Shown here in pieces: positions 17,376-26,634 of a stretch of 52,348 nt of DNA; position 1 is the stretch's first letter; the number at the start of each line of letters is the position of its first letter. The notes under the pieces are model-generated. The model did no database searches. It saw only the letters and a program-made list of their open reading frames with translations, and was not told the DNA's origin. The DNA comes from a virus (taxonomy: Duplodnaviria > Caudoviricetes): the IMG/VR virus record IMGVR_UViG_3300044715_001249, positions 1 through 52,348 of that record. The stretch is one strand, 5' to 3'. Both the position numbers and the translations under genes were made by a program.

Positions 17376-17412
17376 GGTGGAATCGTAGCACGATCTGGGG
17401 TAGGGTGACGTT
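17376..17412. promoter_or_regulatory. Back-to-back -10 boxes for the divergent 17375(-) and 17413(+) genes
   Basis: Minus TGC-TACGAT (17382-17387) and plus TAGGGT (17401-17406), each 6 nt from a start codon. Confidence 0.5.
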
Positions 17413-18114
17413 GTGCCAGTCCTGATCGATCTGTTCTGCAAGGCTGGCGGTTGCGGGGTCGGGTACGCGCGGGCGGGCTGGGACGTCGTCGGCGTCGACA
17501 TCGAGCCGCAGCCGAACTACCCGTTTCGGCTCATGCGTGCCGACTGGTACGAGGGCTTGATCGCGCTGCTCGTCGAGCTCGGGCAAGCCGTCGTCGCCGT
17601 CCACGCGTCGCCACCGTGCCAGGCGTACACGACCGGCGGGCGCGTGAGAGAGAGAGAGAGCCGACCTCGATTGATCGAGCCCGTGCGCGAGGCGTTCGCC
17701 GAGCTCGCCGCCGCCGGGATCCACACCGTGATCGAGAACGTCGACGAGGCGCCGCTCGTCGAGCCCGTGCGCCTGTGCGGATCGATGTTCGGCCTCGGCG
17801 TGCGGCGGCATCGATTGTTCGAGGTCTCGTTCGAGTGCGAGCGTCCGACGTGCTCGACCGCGATGCACAAGGCGCAAGGACCGATCGCCGGTGTCTACGG
17901 GCGACCGCACGGCGCGGGCGGTGCGTGGCCCGGTATGCTGCCGAGCACGCATGAGTCGTGGTCGCGCGCGATGGGGATCGATTGGATGACGTCGGCCGAG
18001 CTGAGCCAAGCGATCCCGCCCGCATATACCGAGTGGATCGGGCGGCGGATCCCGCGCGAGCGTCGCGCTATCGACGACTACGGCCCGCCCGTCGACGATT
18101 TTGGATTCCGTTGA
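17413..18114 (+). CDS. C5-cytosine DNA methyltransferase (compact phage type)
   Basis: DLFCKAGG, GVDI, HASPPCQ, IENV, RHRLFE, QAIPPAY. Confidence 0.85.
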   Translation: MPVLIDLFCKAGGCGVGYARAGWDVVGVDIEPQPNYPFRLMRADWYEGLIALLVELGQAVVAVHASPPCQAYTTGGRVRERESRPRLIEPVREAFAELAAAGIHTVIENVDEAPLVEPVRLCGSMFGLGVRRHRLFEVSFECERPTCSTAMHKAQGPIAGVYGRPHGAGGAWPGMLPSTHESWSRAMGIDWMTSAELSQAIPPAYTEWIGRRIPRERRAIDDYGPPVDDFGFR

Positions 18115-18876
18115 TCACGTGTCGAACGCCGACCCGATCGGGATCGTGAGCTCGACCGGGATCACGGCCCTGGCCCAGCATCGGCAGTTGATCGGCTGGC
18201 CCGGCAGGCCCTCGACCGGGTCGCCGTCGGGGTAGGGCAGGATCCGCCCGTGCAAGGCTTGATGCGCCTCGCGCACGCGATCATCCTCCTGCGTCACCCA
18301 CTCGAACTCGGTCGCCCCAATCGCCCGCGCGCGCTCGGCCTGGATCTGCGCGTGCAGGTTCGCGATCTGGTGCTGCGCGATCACCTTGAGCCGGCCCTCA
18401 AGCGAGCCGTAGGCCGTCGGGATCCCGTTCGTGGCCCACTCCGCTTGCAGCTCGGCCGAGCTCATGCCGAGGTCGAGGGCCGCGACGATGTCCTTGCGCA
18501 ACGCCTCGGCGACCTCGTCGCGCACGCCCGTGATCTTGGCCGCGGCCTCGCGGCTCCATTTCTCGACGGGGTCGAGGGTGTCACCGCGGGCCCGGGGCTT
18601 GCGTCGCGCAGCTGCAGCCCGCTCCCATCGACCCCAGCCCGAGGCCGAGCGCGCCCCGACCTTGGCCATGATCGCGGCCACGATGGCGCGGATGCGCTTG
18701 TCGGACCACGTGCGGCGCAGCGCGGCGCCGAGGGCCCGGGCGTCGGCCGGGGTCTTGACCCGCGGGAGCGTCGCCTTGATCCGCGCCACCATCGGCGCGA
18801 GCGCACGCCGTAGCTCGACCTCGAGCCCGCGCGGGGCCGGGGATCCGGCCGTCTCACGGGGCCGAGGGAGGGGCAT
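18115..18876 (-). CDS. Head morphogenesis / minor head protein (SPP1 gp7, MuF family)
   Basis: FEWVTQEDDRVREAH...PGQPINCRC. Confidence 0.88.
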   Translation of the reverse strand: MPLPRPRETAGSPAPRGLEVELRRALAPMVARIKATLPRVKTPADARALGAALRRTWSDKRIRAIVAAIMAKVGARSASGWGRWERAAAARRKPRARGDTLDPVEKWSREAAAKITGVRDEVAEALRKDIVAALDLGMSSAELQAEWATNGIPTAYGSLEGRLKVIAQHQIANLHAQIQAERARAIGATEFEWVTQEDDRVREAHQALHGRILPYPDGDPVEGLPGQPINCRCWARAVIPVELTIPIGSAFDT

Positions 18877-18914
18877 CGGCGATCCTTGGCGCGATTCCGC
18901 GCGGTCGATTTATC

Positions 18915-18949
18915 TTGCACGTGTCCGTGGGCCCTGCTAGTTTAGGGAC
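18915..18949 (+). promoter_or_regulatory. Repeated phage promoter cassette (copy A)
   Basis: TTGCAC-gTGTCCGTGGgccctgc (17 nt)-TAGTTT-AGGGAC-ATG. Confidence 0.7.
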
Positions 18950-19234
18950 ATGAGCCGCCGCAAGAACACCGCCGCCCGCGTCCCCTTCTCGGTCAAGGTC
19001 ATCCGCCCGTTCTCCGATGCGTCCGGCGTCGACTGCCTGATCGACGTGCTTGGATTTCGCTTCTCGGCAAACGTGCTCGGCGACGAGCGCGTGCAGATCC
19101 TGCCCGGACAGAGCGGGTCGGTCGCTGCGTCGCGTCGTGCGTATAAGCAAGCGCGCGCGGACTTCGCCGCGGCGCTGGCCGCCACGGTCGACGCTACCTG
19201 GCGCGAGGCGAATCGTGCGATGTACGCCGAGTGA
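18950..19234 (+). CDS. Hypothetical protein (moron-like, antisense to morphogenesis genes)
   Basis: Fills the gap between the MuF-like and portal genes; has its own promoter. Confidence 0.7.
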   Translation: MSRRKNTAARVPFSVKVIRPFSDASGVDCLIDVLGFRFSANVLGDERVQILPGQSGSVAASRRAYKQARADFAAALAATVDATWREANRAMYAE

Positions 19235-19236
19235 CA

Positions 19237-21069
19237 TTACGGCACCACGCCCCCACCGCCGGGGGCATCGGGCTCCGGCTCCTGGTCGGTCGGGTCGTTC
19301 GGATCCTCGGGCTCGACGATTTCCTCGTGCGCCTTGGCCATCGCCTCGACCGCGGCGAGGCTCACGACGCGGTGCGAGCCGAAGCCCCAAAACGGCAGGC
19401 CGCGCTCGATCATCCGCGTGATCGTCCGGGTCTTGATCCCGAATCGCTGCGCCGCGGCCTGCACCGTCACGCGGTCGCCCGGCAGCTCGTCGAGCGACGG
19501 CGCGGGGGCTCCGGCCGGGGCCGGCCCACCCGGCACAGGCGGCGGCCCGAGCACGCTCGCTTCGCGCCCGCGCAGGTTGGGGAACGCAACGCCGAGCGCC
19601 CCGATCCCCTGAGGGTAGGTCAGCTCGCGCATGTTTACCGCGCGCATGATGTCGATCAGGCTCGCGATCTGTGCGCCGTTCATCGCCTGATCGGCCGGGG
19701 TCGCGACCTCGGCCGGGGGCGAGGGCGTAGCCCCCGCAGCCACGCCCGCGGCCACGTCGGCCGGGTCGAGCTCGAGCGGATCGGCGTTCGCCTCGCCCGC
19801 GATCTTGATCATGCCGACATCGCCCCGGACGAACCGCGCCTCGCGGATCTCGTCCGCCGTCAGCACGCCCTTGTCGACATAGGCCGCGTCCGCGGTCGCG
19901 TTCTTGCTGTGGATCTCTGCGTCGCCCTCGGCGGATCGCGTCCACAGCGGATCCCACTCGATCTCGAACGAGTCGATCGCGAGGCCGTGCAAGCGGATCG
20001 CGATCTCGACGCCGCGCCGCAGCCCGGGATCGATCTCTTGCTTGCGCCACGATTCGACGCGCTTGTGGTAGATCTCCTGCGGCCCGCTCAACTCGCCGCC
20101 GCGCAGCCCGGTCGGGCTTTCGTTGAACAAGATCTCGCGTGGGTACTCGGTGCCGGCGACAAGCCGGCTCTCGCTCTTGTCCGCGAGCTCCGCCGCGCCG
20201 GTGAGTCCCTGCGTCACGGTGCCGAGCTCGTCGTCCTTGTCCATGACGGCGAGGCCGTAGGCATCGAGCGCCCTGCGTGTTGCGTCGGCCCGCTTCTGGA
20301 TCCGATCCATGCCGGCCTTCGTCTGCGCCTCTTGCTTGTATCCGCTGAGCCGCAGGTAGAGCAGGCTTGCCCCGTACATCATCGACACGCCGTGCGCTGC
20401 GGTGGCGCCGTAGCGGCCGAGATCGTCGAAGTGACGATCGAGCACCGACGGGCCCCAGCCCGTCGGTGACGGCGCCTCGTATTGCGCCTCGATCGGGAGC
20501 TTGATCGGTTCGTGGGGGATCGCCCGCGTGTGGTGCAGGTCGACCGAGGCGCTTGCGATGCCAGTCACCTGATAGGCGAGCGCCATCCCGTACGTCGGCG
20601 ACATCAACCCCACGTCTTGCTCGAGGGGACGCGCTCGCTCGGCCGGCACCGCGGCGAACCGCAGCAAGCGGGACGCCGGGCCGATCGCCATCGGCTGCTT
20701 CGGCTCGCCCGAGTTGAGCACGGCGATCGTCGTGATCGCGCCGCCGTATTGCCGCGCCCACTCGGCGCTCTGCCGCTCGGCCGTGGTCAGCCCAGCCGCG
20801 TCGAGCTCGGCCTTGATGGCCGCGGCGTCGAACTTGTCCGCGTCCGGGCCCGCGACCTTGGTGATTTTCCAGTCGACCGAGAACGCGGTCTCGACGATCA
20901 GCCCGACGATCCGCGCGGCGATCGGGTGCTGCCGGATCAGGGCGTCGATCATGCGCGGCGGCAGCGGCTCCCGCTGCTGGAACAGGATCCCCGCGTGCTT
21001 GTCCTTGGCAGATCCCAGGCTCGAGGTCGTCGAGGCCCAGTCGTCGATCCGTGGTGCGCGGCGCGGCAT
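19237..21069 (-). CDS. Portal protein (DUF1073 type) with C-terminal winged-HTH extension
   Basis: Between terL and the MuF-like gene; WARQYGGA, WGPSVL, YPREILFNESPTGL, FEIEWDPLW, GVLTADEIR motifs. Confidence 0.85.
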   Translation of the reverse strand: MPRRAPRIDDWASTTSSLGSAKDKHAGILFQQREPLPPRMIDALIRQHPIAARIVGLIVETAFSVDWKITKVAGPDADKFDAAAIKAELDAAGLTTAERQSAEWARQYGGAITTIAVLNSGEPKQPMAIGPASRLLRFAAVPAERARPLEQDVGLMSPTYGMALAYQVTGIASASVDLHHTRAIPHEPIKLPIEAQYEAPSPTGWGPSVLDRHFDDLGRYGATAAHGVSMMYGASLLYLRLSGYKQEAQTKAGMDRIQKRADATRRALDAYGLAVMDKDDELGTVTQGLTGAAELADKSESRLVAGTEYPREILFNESPTGLRGGELSGPQEIYHKRVESWRKQEIDPGLRRGVEIAIRLHGLAIDSFEIEWDPLWTRSAEGDAEIHSKNATADAAYVDKGVLTADEIREARFVRGDVGMIKIAGEANADPLELDPADVAAGVAAGATPSPPAEVATPADQAMNGAQIASLIDIMRAVNMRELTYPQGIGALGVAFPNLRGREASVLGPPPVPGGPAPAGAPAPSLDELPGDRVTVQAAAQRFGIKTRTITRMIERGLPFWGFGSHRVVSLAAVEAMAKAHEEIVEPEDPNDPTDQEPEPDAPGGGGVVP

Positions 21070-21088
21070 GGGGCTAGTTTAGCACGGG

Positions 21089-22510
21089 TCACTCATACGG
21101 GGACCACACGGGCAGATCCTCGATCCCGCGGAGCAACAGCGCGTGCACGGCGTACACACACGCGTCGAGCCGGTTCGGCGACGCGGCGCCTTCGGTCCAC
21201 GTGATCCACTCCTGTTCGAGTGCGTAGAACTTGCCCGCCATGTGCGCCTGATTCGTCTCGAACAGCGTCGCCACAGGCTCGGCCCGGGCCCGCTTGCTCT
21301 CGCCAGTGTGCACGTCGGAGACGACGATCCCGCCCGCGTCGTTGCGCTGCCGCTGTGCCGTCTTGATCGCCGCGATGACACCGCCCCGGCCGCCCTGATT
21401 GATCTCGGCCACGATCTCGACCGGGCACTCGAACGCGCGCGCGTACTTGACCGCGGTGTCGACCGCGAGCTCGGCCCATTGGGTGAAGCTCAGGCGCCCC
21501 GCGGTCAAGTCCTCGAGCACGAACGCGTTCGCGGGCGCGCCGTGGTCCGCCCCGGCGACCACGATCCCGGTCGGGTCGCTGTCGTCGTGATTGTCGAGGC
21601 CCGGGTCGATCGCGACCACGACGCGCGAGAGTTCGTGCGGGGCGTACTCGACCCGCGAGCCGTCGAGCATCGCCTGCGTGAGCAGGATCGTCGAGTCGAG
21701 CAGCATCGCCTCGTACTCCTGCAGCCACTCGCGCGAGCCTCGGATCGATTTGGCGTAGGCCGAGATCTCGACGAATCGATTTTCCAGGCTCGACCCGCGG
21801 CGCAACGTGACTTGCTCGCGCATCGCGTCGCTCAGCAGCCAGCGCGTGATCTCGTTCGGCTTGGGCGTCGTCGTGATCAGGCCCCGCATCGGCGAGCCGT
21901 CGCGGAACTTCGCGCGCACCGATGGCAGAAACCCGAGCTTGAAATGCTCAGCGGCGCGCTTGGGCCACGCCGCGATCTCGTCGGCCCAGAACAGCGAGAG
22001 GCCGTCGCCGCGGCCGAAGTCGGCTTGATGCGCGCCGTAGCAGCGCAGGATCGATTGCCGCTTGGGCGGCCCGATGTACGCGACGCCTCGATTCTCGATG
22101 TGGCGGAACGGGATCCCGCGCCGCTCGCAGACCGCTTGCAGCCCCTGCGGATCGTAGGGCGATCCGCACGACGCGAGCGGGTGCCCGATCATCGTCGCGC
22201 GCATGTCGTCCGCGTTCTTGGCGATCAGCGCGCCGCGAAACGGGCCGCGTTCCTCGTGCTCGTTCGCGACCCACTCGGCCCCGGTGCGTGTCTTGCCGAA
22301 GCCTCGGCCTGCGACCATCAACCAGATCTGCCGGCAGTCCTCGGGCCGCAGCTGCGCGTCGCGGGCCGCAAGCTCCCACATCTTCGACACCGCGACGCGG
22401 GCCGCCGGGTCGAGGCGCTCGATCGCGGCGCGCATGGCCGCGAGCCCGCGCCTCGCCCGGAGCTCGCGCAGCGCCCGAGCTGCGGCGCGGAGGTCGACCG
22501 GCGCGGACAT
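21089..22510 (-). CDS. terL: Terminase large subunit
   Basis: AGRGFGKTRTGAEW (Walker A), WADE (Walker B), TTTPKP, AIDP and SPNRLDA nuclease motifs. Confidence 0.95.
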   Translation of the reverse strand: MSAPVDLRAAARALRELRARRGLAAMRAAIERLDPAARVAVSKMWELAARDAQLRPEDCRQIWLMVAGRGFGKTRTGAEWVANEHEERGPFRGALIAKNADDMRATMIGHPLASCGSPYDPQGLQAVCERRGIPFRHIENRGVAYIGPPKRQSILRCYGAHQADFGRGDGLSLFWADEIAAWPKRAAEHFKLGFLPSVRAKFRDGSPMRGLITTTPKPNEITRWLLSDAMREQVTLRRGSSLENRFVEISAYAKSIRGSREWLQEYEAMLLDSTILLTQAMLDGSRVEYAPHELSRVVVAIDPGLDNHDDSDPTGIVVAGADHGAPANAFVLEDLTAGRLSFTQWAELAVDTAVKYARAFECPVEIVAEINQGGRGGVIAAIKTAQRQRNDAGGIVVSDVHTGESKRARAEPVATLFETNQAHMAGKFYALEQEWITWTEGAASPNRLDACVYAVHALLLRGIEDLPVWSPYE

Positions 22511-22512
22511 GG

Positions 22513-23556
22513 TCAGGCCGTGAGCTGGATAATGGTGCCGACGGAACCGGCTGCGCCCGCGCCGCCGGCGAGGTGCCCCGCGCCGCCGGCCCCGCCCGCG
22601 ACGCTGATCGTGCCGGCGCCCGTGTACGCGCGCGAGACGAGGTAAATCAGGCCGCCACCGCCACCGCCACCGCCGCCGTTGCCGATCGCGTCGGGGCCGG
22701 TGAACGCCTGCCCGCCCGCGCCGCCGCGCGCCTCGATCGTGCCCGCGTTCGCGAGCCGATAGGCGAAGATCACGATCACGCCGCCGCCCGAACCGCCACC
22801 GCCGCCGGTGCCCGAGTCGCCGCCACCGCCACCGCCACCGCCGGCCCCGCCTTGCAGGACCGTGACGGTCCCGGAGCCGCCGACGATCCAGCCATGCGCC
22901 GCGCTGATGTGACGCACGCCGTTCTGCCCCAGCCCGCCCGCGCCCGCGGCGACTCCGGCCGATCCGCCGGCCTCGCTCGCGTCCACGCCCGCGTCGTTGC
23001 TCGCCCCGCCCGCCCCGCCGTTGCCGCCGACGCCCGCCGACGCAGCGCCGCCGGCTGAACCTGCGGTGCTCGAGTTCCCGCCGGCACCGCCCACGGCGCT
23101 ACCGCCGATCGAGCCGACCGCCAGCGCTGCGCCTGCGGTGCCGCCCGTGACGTTGTTCGCGGGCTGCGCTCCTGCGTTGCCGTTCTGCCGGATCACGCCG
23201 CCGACCTGGATCGTCAGCAGCCCGCGCACGAACACGCGATAGCCTGCGGTTACGAGGATGCCCGTACCCGTGACCGTCAGCGTCTCGTAATACATGTCGC
23301 GCGTGAGGGTCGTTGTGCCGCCGGTGATCGTCACGACCCCGTCGACACCATCGCCGTACACGCCACGGCCTGCATCGGCGAGCCACAGAATGATCTTGTT
23401 CAACGCGAAGTTGATATGGTCGACGGGGATCGTAGCGCCCGCGACGAGACCCTGCGCCAGCGCGATCGGTTCGTTCTTCGTCGGCGAGCCCGAGCGAACG
23501 CCGCTGCTGTAGTTCGTGTCGGTCGCCCACGTGGGTTCGGTCGTCTCGGCTGGCAT
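22513..23556 (-). CDS. Glycine-rich tail fibre/adhesin-like protein
   Basis: Baseplate-attachment-like N-terminus (WAT...NFALN) followed by polyglycine repeats; follows the wedge gene. Confidence 0.6.
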   Translation of the reverse strand: MPAETTEPTWATDTNYSSGVRSGSPTKNEPIALAQGLVAGATIPVDHINFALNKIILWLADAGRGVYGDGVDGVVTITGGTTTLTRDMYYETLTVTGTGILVTAGYRVFVRGLLTIQVGGVIRQNGNAGAQPANNVTGGTAGAALAVGSIGGSAVGGAGGNSSTAGSAGGAASAGVGGNGGAGGASNDAGVDASEAGGSAGVAAGAGGLGQNGVRHISAAHGWIVGGSGTVTVLQGGAGGGGGGGGDSGTGGGGGSGGGVIVIFAYRLANAGTIEARGGAGGQAFTGPDAIGNGGGGGGGGGLIYLVSRAYTGAGTISVAGGAGGAGHLAGGAGAAGSVGTIIQLTA

Positions 23557-23565
23557 GGTGATCTC

Positions 23566-24189
23566 CTATGGGCTGAACGAGTAGGCGCCGGTACCGGCCC
23601 CGGCGATCGCACTCGCAGAGTAGTCGCCGATATCCTTGGCGGCAAGGGTCAGCGCCGATGCCGAGTAGTCGCCGATCACGGCGAGAGAATCGCCGACCAC
23701 GGCCTCGAACCCGTACGCGGCCGCGGTCGCGTTGCCCAAGATCTGCAACAGCAACGGCGTGTCGGTCGGGTCATCGAGCTCGACGTTGACGCGATAGCCC
23801 ATCGGATAGGCATCGGCGTACGCGAGCGGAACATGACCCGTGAACAGCTCGACGATCCGCAGGATGACCGGCGTCGTCGTCGTCGAGCTGAGCACGAGCT
23901 GCGCCTGAATCTGCAAGAGCACGCGGTAGCGTGCGTCGGTGTACCCGTAGCGCGGCAGCTGCAAGATGGCGCCGAGGCGATCGAGCTGCACGCCCTCGGC
24001 GGTGTCGAGGTCGAACGCGGCGCGCGTCAGGATCGACGCGTCGATCAGATCGTTCGTTCGCTCGCCGAACACGTCGACGAAGCCCGAGAGCCGCGGCGAG
24101 CGCGTGAACATGAGCAGGCGATCGGACGCCTCGAGCGCCTCGCTGCCCCATGTCACCGCGCCCCACTCGAATCCCCATTCGCTGCTCAT
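23566..24189 (-). CDS. Baseplate wedge protein (DUF2612-like)
   Basis: DLDTAEGVQLDRLGAIL...TDARYR motif. Confidence 0.78.
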   Translation of the reverse strand: MSSEWGFEWGAVTWGSEALEASDRLLMFTRSPRLSGFVDVFGERTNDLIDASILTRAAFDLDTAEGVQLDRLGAILQLPRYGYTDARYRVLLQIQAQLVLSSTTTTPVILRIVELFTGHVPLAYADAYPMGYRVNVELDDPTDTPLLLQILGNATAAAYGFEAVVGDSLAVIGDYSASALTLAAKDIGDYSASAIAGAGTGAYSFSP

Positions 24190-24192
24190 GGC

Positions 24193-25416
24193 TCACCCGG
24201 TGATCACGTAGATCGCACCCGCCCCGCCAACACCGCCCGCGCCGCCGTTGCCGGCCTGGCAGCCCGAGCCACCGCCGCCCCCGCCCCCGCCGTGGGATCC
24301 ACCGGCCCCGCCGGCGCCGCCCGCGGTGCTCGGCGTGTTCGTCGAGCCGCCGCCCCCGCCACCTTCGCCGCCGCGGTGTCGAGCTCCGGCCGTGCCGGCC
24401 CCGCCTGCGGTCGGCGAGGCGCCGCCCGTGCCGGCCGTGCCGCCGCTGCCGGCGATGATCGATCCGCTCGAGCCGCCCGCGCCCGCGGCCTGCACGGTGC
24501 TGACGTTCACACCACCACCGGCACCACCGCCGCAACCGCCGAAGATCGACGAGCCGCCAGCGGTCGACACCGGCGTCGCGGATCGCCCGCCACCGCCGGC
24601 CCCGCCGTACTCGGTGCACGTCGGCGCGGTGACGCTATTCGAGCCGTTGCCGCCCGACCCGCCCGACACGCTCGTGCCTGACGTCGTGCCCGGCCCGCCG
24701 CCTGCGCCGACGCTCGCGGTCCCGTCGGTGCCCGCGGCACCCGTGCCGCCACCGCCACCGCCACCGCCGGCCGTGCCGGCGTTGTCCCCGAGCTGCCCGC
24801 CGCCGCCGCCGTACGCGGTGAGGCGCAGCGTACCACTGCCGAACGTCGTGTCCCCGCCGACCTGCCCGGCAGTGCCGTCGCCGTTCGTGCCGCCCGAGTA
24901 GCCCGCGCCTGCGATGCCGCCTGCGCCGACCGTGCCCGTCACGGTGTCGCCAGCGGCCGCACACAGATCCCCGAGCCGATAGGTCCGTTCGACGCGAGCG
25001 CCACCGCCGCCACCGCACCCGCCCGTGCGGCTCGTGCCGCCGTTCGCGTGAGCCGCACCGCCGCCACCACCACCGCCGGCCCCGTACGCGATCACGCGCA
25101 CGAGCGTGTCGTCCGAGAACCCGGCCGGGCGCGTGTAAGTGAACGCGCCCGCGGTGATCCGCGACTGGACGTCCTGCGCCGGTGTGCCCGGCGCGGCCTC
25201 GAGCGCGGTCGTGCGCGTGGTCAGGTCGTACAGCCGCGCTTGATAGGCCAGCGTGCAGTCATCGACGTAGTTCGCCCACGCCGCGATCGCCCGCAGCTTG
25301 GAGTCAGCATCGGCGCGCGTGCGCGGGTTGTCGAGCTTGAGCGTGAGCAGCTCTGCGTGCGCCGCCGCGAAGCTGACGGCGGCCAAGTCGATGTCGAGCG
25401 GGGTGATGTTCGCCAT
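24193..25416 (-). CDS. Glycine-rich-domain tail fibre/adhesin
   Basis: Helical N-terminus, then RVIAYGAGGGGG...GAIYVITG; paralog of 44339-45685. Confidence 0.65.
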   Translation of the reverse strand: MANITPLDIDLAAVSFAAAHAELLTLKLDNPRTRADADSKLRAIAAWANYVDDCTLAYQARLYDLTTRTTALEAAPGTPAQDVQSRITAGAFTYTRPAGFSDDTLVRVIAYGAGGGGGGGAAHANGGTSRTGGCGGGGGARVERTYRLGDLCAAAGDTVTGTVGAGGIAGAGYSGGTNGDGTAGQVGGDTTFGSGTLRLTAYGGGGGQLGDNAGTAGGGGGGGGTGAAGTDGTASVGAGGGPGTTSGTSVSGGSGGNGSNSVTAPTCTEYGGAGGGGRSATPVSTAGGSSIFGGCGGGAGGGVNVSTVQAAGAGGSSGSIIAGSGGTAGTGGASPTAGGAGTAGARHRGGEGGGGGGSTNTPSTAGGAGGAGGSHGGGGGGGGSGCQAGNGGAGGVGGAGAIYVITG

Positions 25417-25419
25417 GGG

Positions 25420-26634
25420 TCAGATCTCCACGATGGTGACGCGCGCCGCGGCGAAGGCCGCTCGCGCTCGGATCCCGATCGAGAGCTTGGTGGTCTGCCA
25501 CGTGACGCCGTCTGGGCTCAGCTCGATTAGCACGTTGTCGATCCCCGGCAGGCCCGCGGCGAAGATCGCCCCGCTCAGCACGTAGGGGCGCACGTCATCG
25601 CCGATCGAGAACGAGACCGCGGCCTGTTCGAGGATCAGATCTTCGACCGTGTCGTCGACGCCGATCGGCGTTTCGTCCTCGGCGGTGCTCGTCGTGATCG
25701 TGCATCGCACCCACACGTTGACGTCATCGACGCGATCGAATCGCATCACGTGCACGAATCCCCACGTATCGGTCACGTTCTGCGTGACGTCGGTGCCGTA
25801 GACCTCTGCGCCCGCCGAGCGGCTCGCGAAGATCGCCGCGGCGACGTCTGCGTCAGCGCCCCCGACGACGATGGGATTGATCGCCTTGCCGGGGATCCCG
25901 TCGGAGTCTGTGACCAGCGTTCGGTTTTCATAGACCCGCGCGTACGTCACGCCCTCGACCTCGAGGATCGCGGACTCGATCGCCTTGATCGGCCCGGCCC
26001 CGCGCTTGTACGCCTCGGTCGTCGCGCGCACGCGCAGCGCCGCATCGGTCTCGATGTCGCGGCCAACGATCGGTTGCGCCGTGCTCTCGAACGAGCCGAC
26101 GTCAGACCACCCCACGACCGTGTCGAGGATCGTCCAGTCGTCGAAGCCGACCGCGGGATCGAGCGGGACCTCGTCGGCGCCCGCGGCCTCGCGCTCGATC
26201 GTGATCGAGAGCGTGCCGCCGCCGGGCACGAGGCCGCCGACGGTGACCTCCCACGTGGTCTCGAGCACGTCATACCGCAACCGGGCGCCCACGGGGATCG
26301 TGGTGCCGGGCGTCGCGGTAGCCGTGCCGACCACGCGGGAGAGGGCAGCGGGGATCCGCGTCATGCCGAGCAGTCGCACCACGCGATCGAGCTGCGGGCC
26401 CTCGGCCTCGAGCGACAACGCGTTGTAGACCGCGAGCAGGGCTTCTTGACACGCGACCTCGCGCTCGGCCTCGATGCGGACGATCTGCCCAAGCGTCGAG
26501 GTCACGCCCTCGCGCATGCGCTGGGTCTGCGCCGGCGTGAGCCCGAGCCCCGTCGCCTGCGCGACGATGATTTCCTCGAGCACGTCATCGAACGACTGGA
26601 TCGATAGGCCGGTGGAATCGATCGTGGCGCTCAT
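25420..26634 (-). CDS. Baseplate J / gp47-like protein
   Basis: AEGPQLD, GRDIETDAALR, GVTYARVYEN; start trimmed to MSATIDSTG. Confidence 0.85.
   Translation of the reverse strand: MSATIDSTGLSIQSFDDVLEEIIVAQATGLGLTPAQTQRMREGVTSTLGQIVRIEAEREVACQEALLAVYNALSLEAEGPQLDRVVRLLGMTRIPAALSRVVGTATATPGTTIPVGARLRYDVLETTWEVTVGGLVPGGGTLSITIEREAAGADEVPLDPAVGFDDWTILDTVVGWSDVGSFESTAQPIVGRDIETDAALRVRATTEAYKRGAGPIKAIESAILEVEGVTYARVYENRTLVTDSDGIPGKAINPIVVGGADADVAAAIFASRSAGAEVYGTDVTQNVTDTWGFVHVMRFDRVDDVNVWVRCTITTSTAEDETPIGVDDTVEDLILEQAAVSFSIGDDVRPYVLSGAIFAAGLPGIDNVLIELSPDGVTWQTTKLSIGIRARAAFAAARVTIVEI

Noticed and set aside
17646-17660. (GA)n run in the C5 MTase as a phase-variation tract
   Set aside because: In frame (RERES) with the ORF intact; no evidence of slippage without reads.
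19237-21069. Anti-CBASS Acb1 label sometimes attached to DUF1073 proteins
   Set aside because: Position and motifs indicate a portal; no paired HxT 2H-phosphoesterase motifs were seen in the extension.
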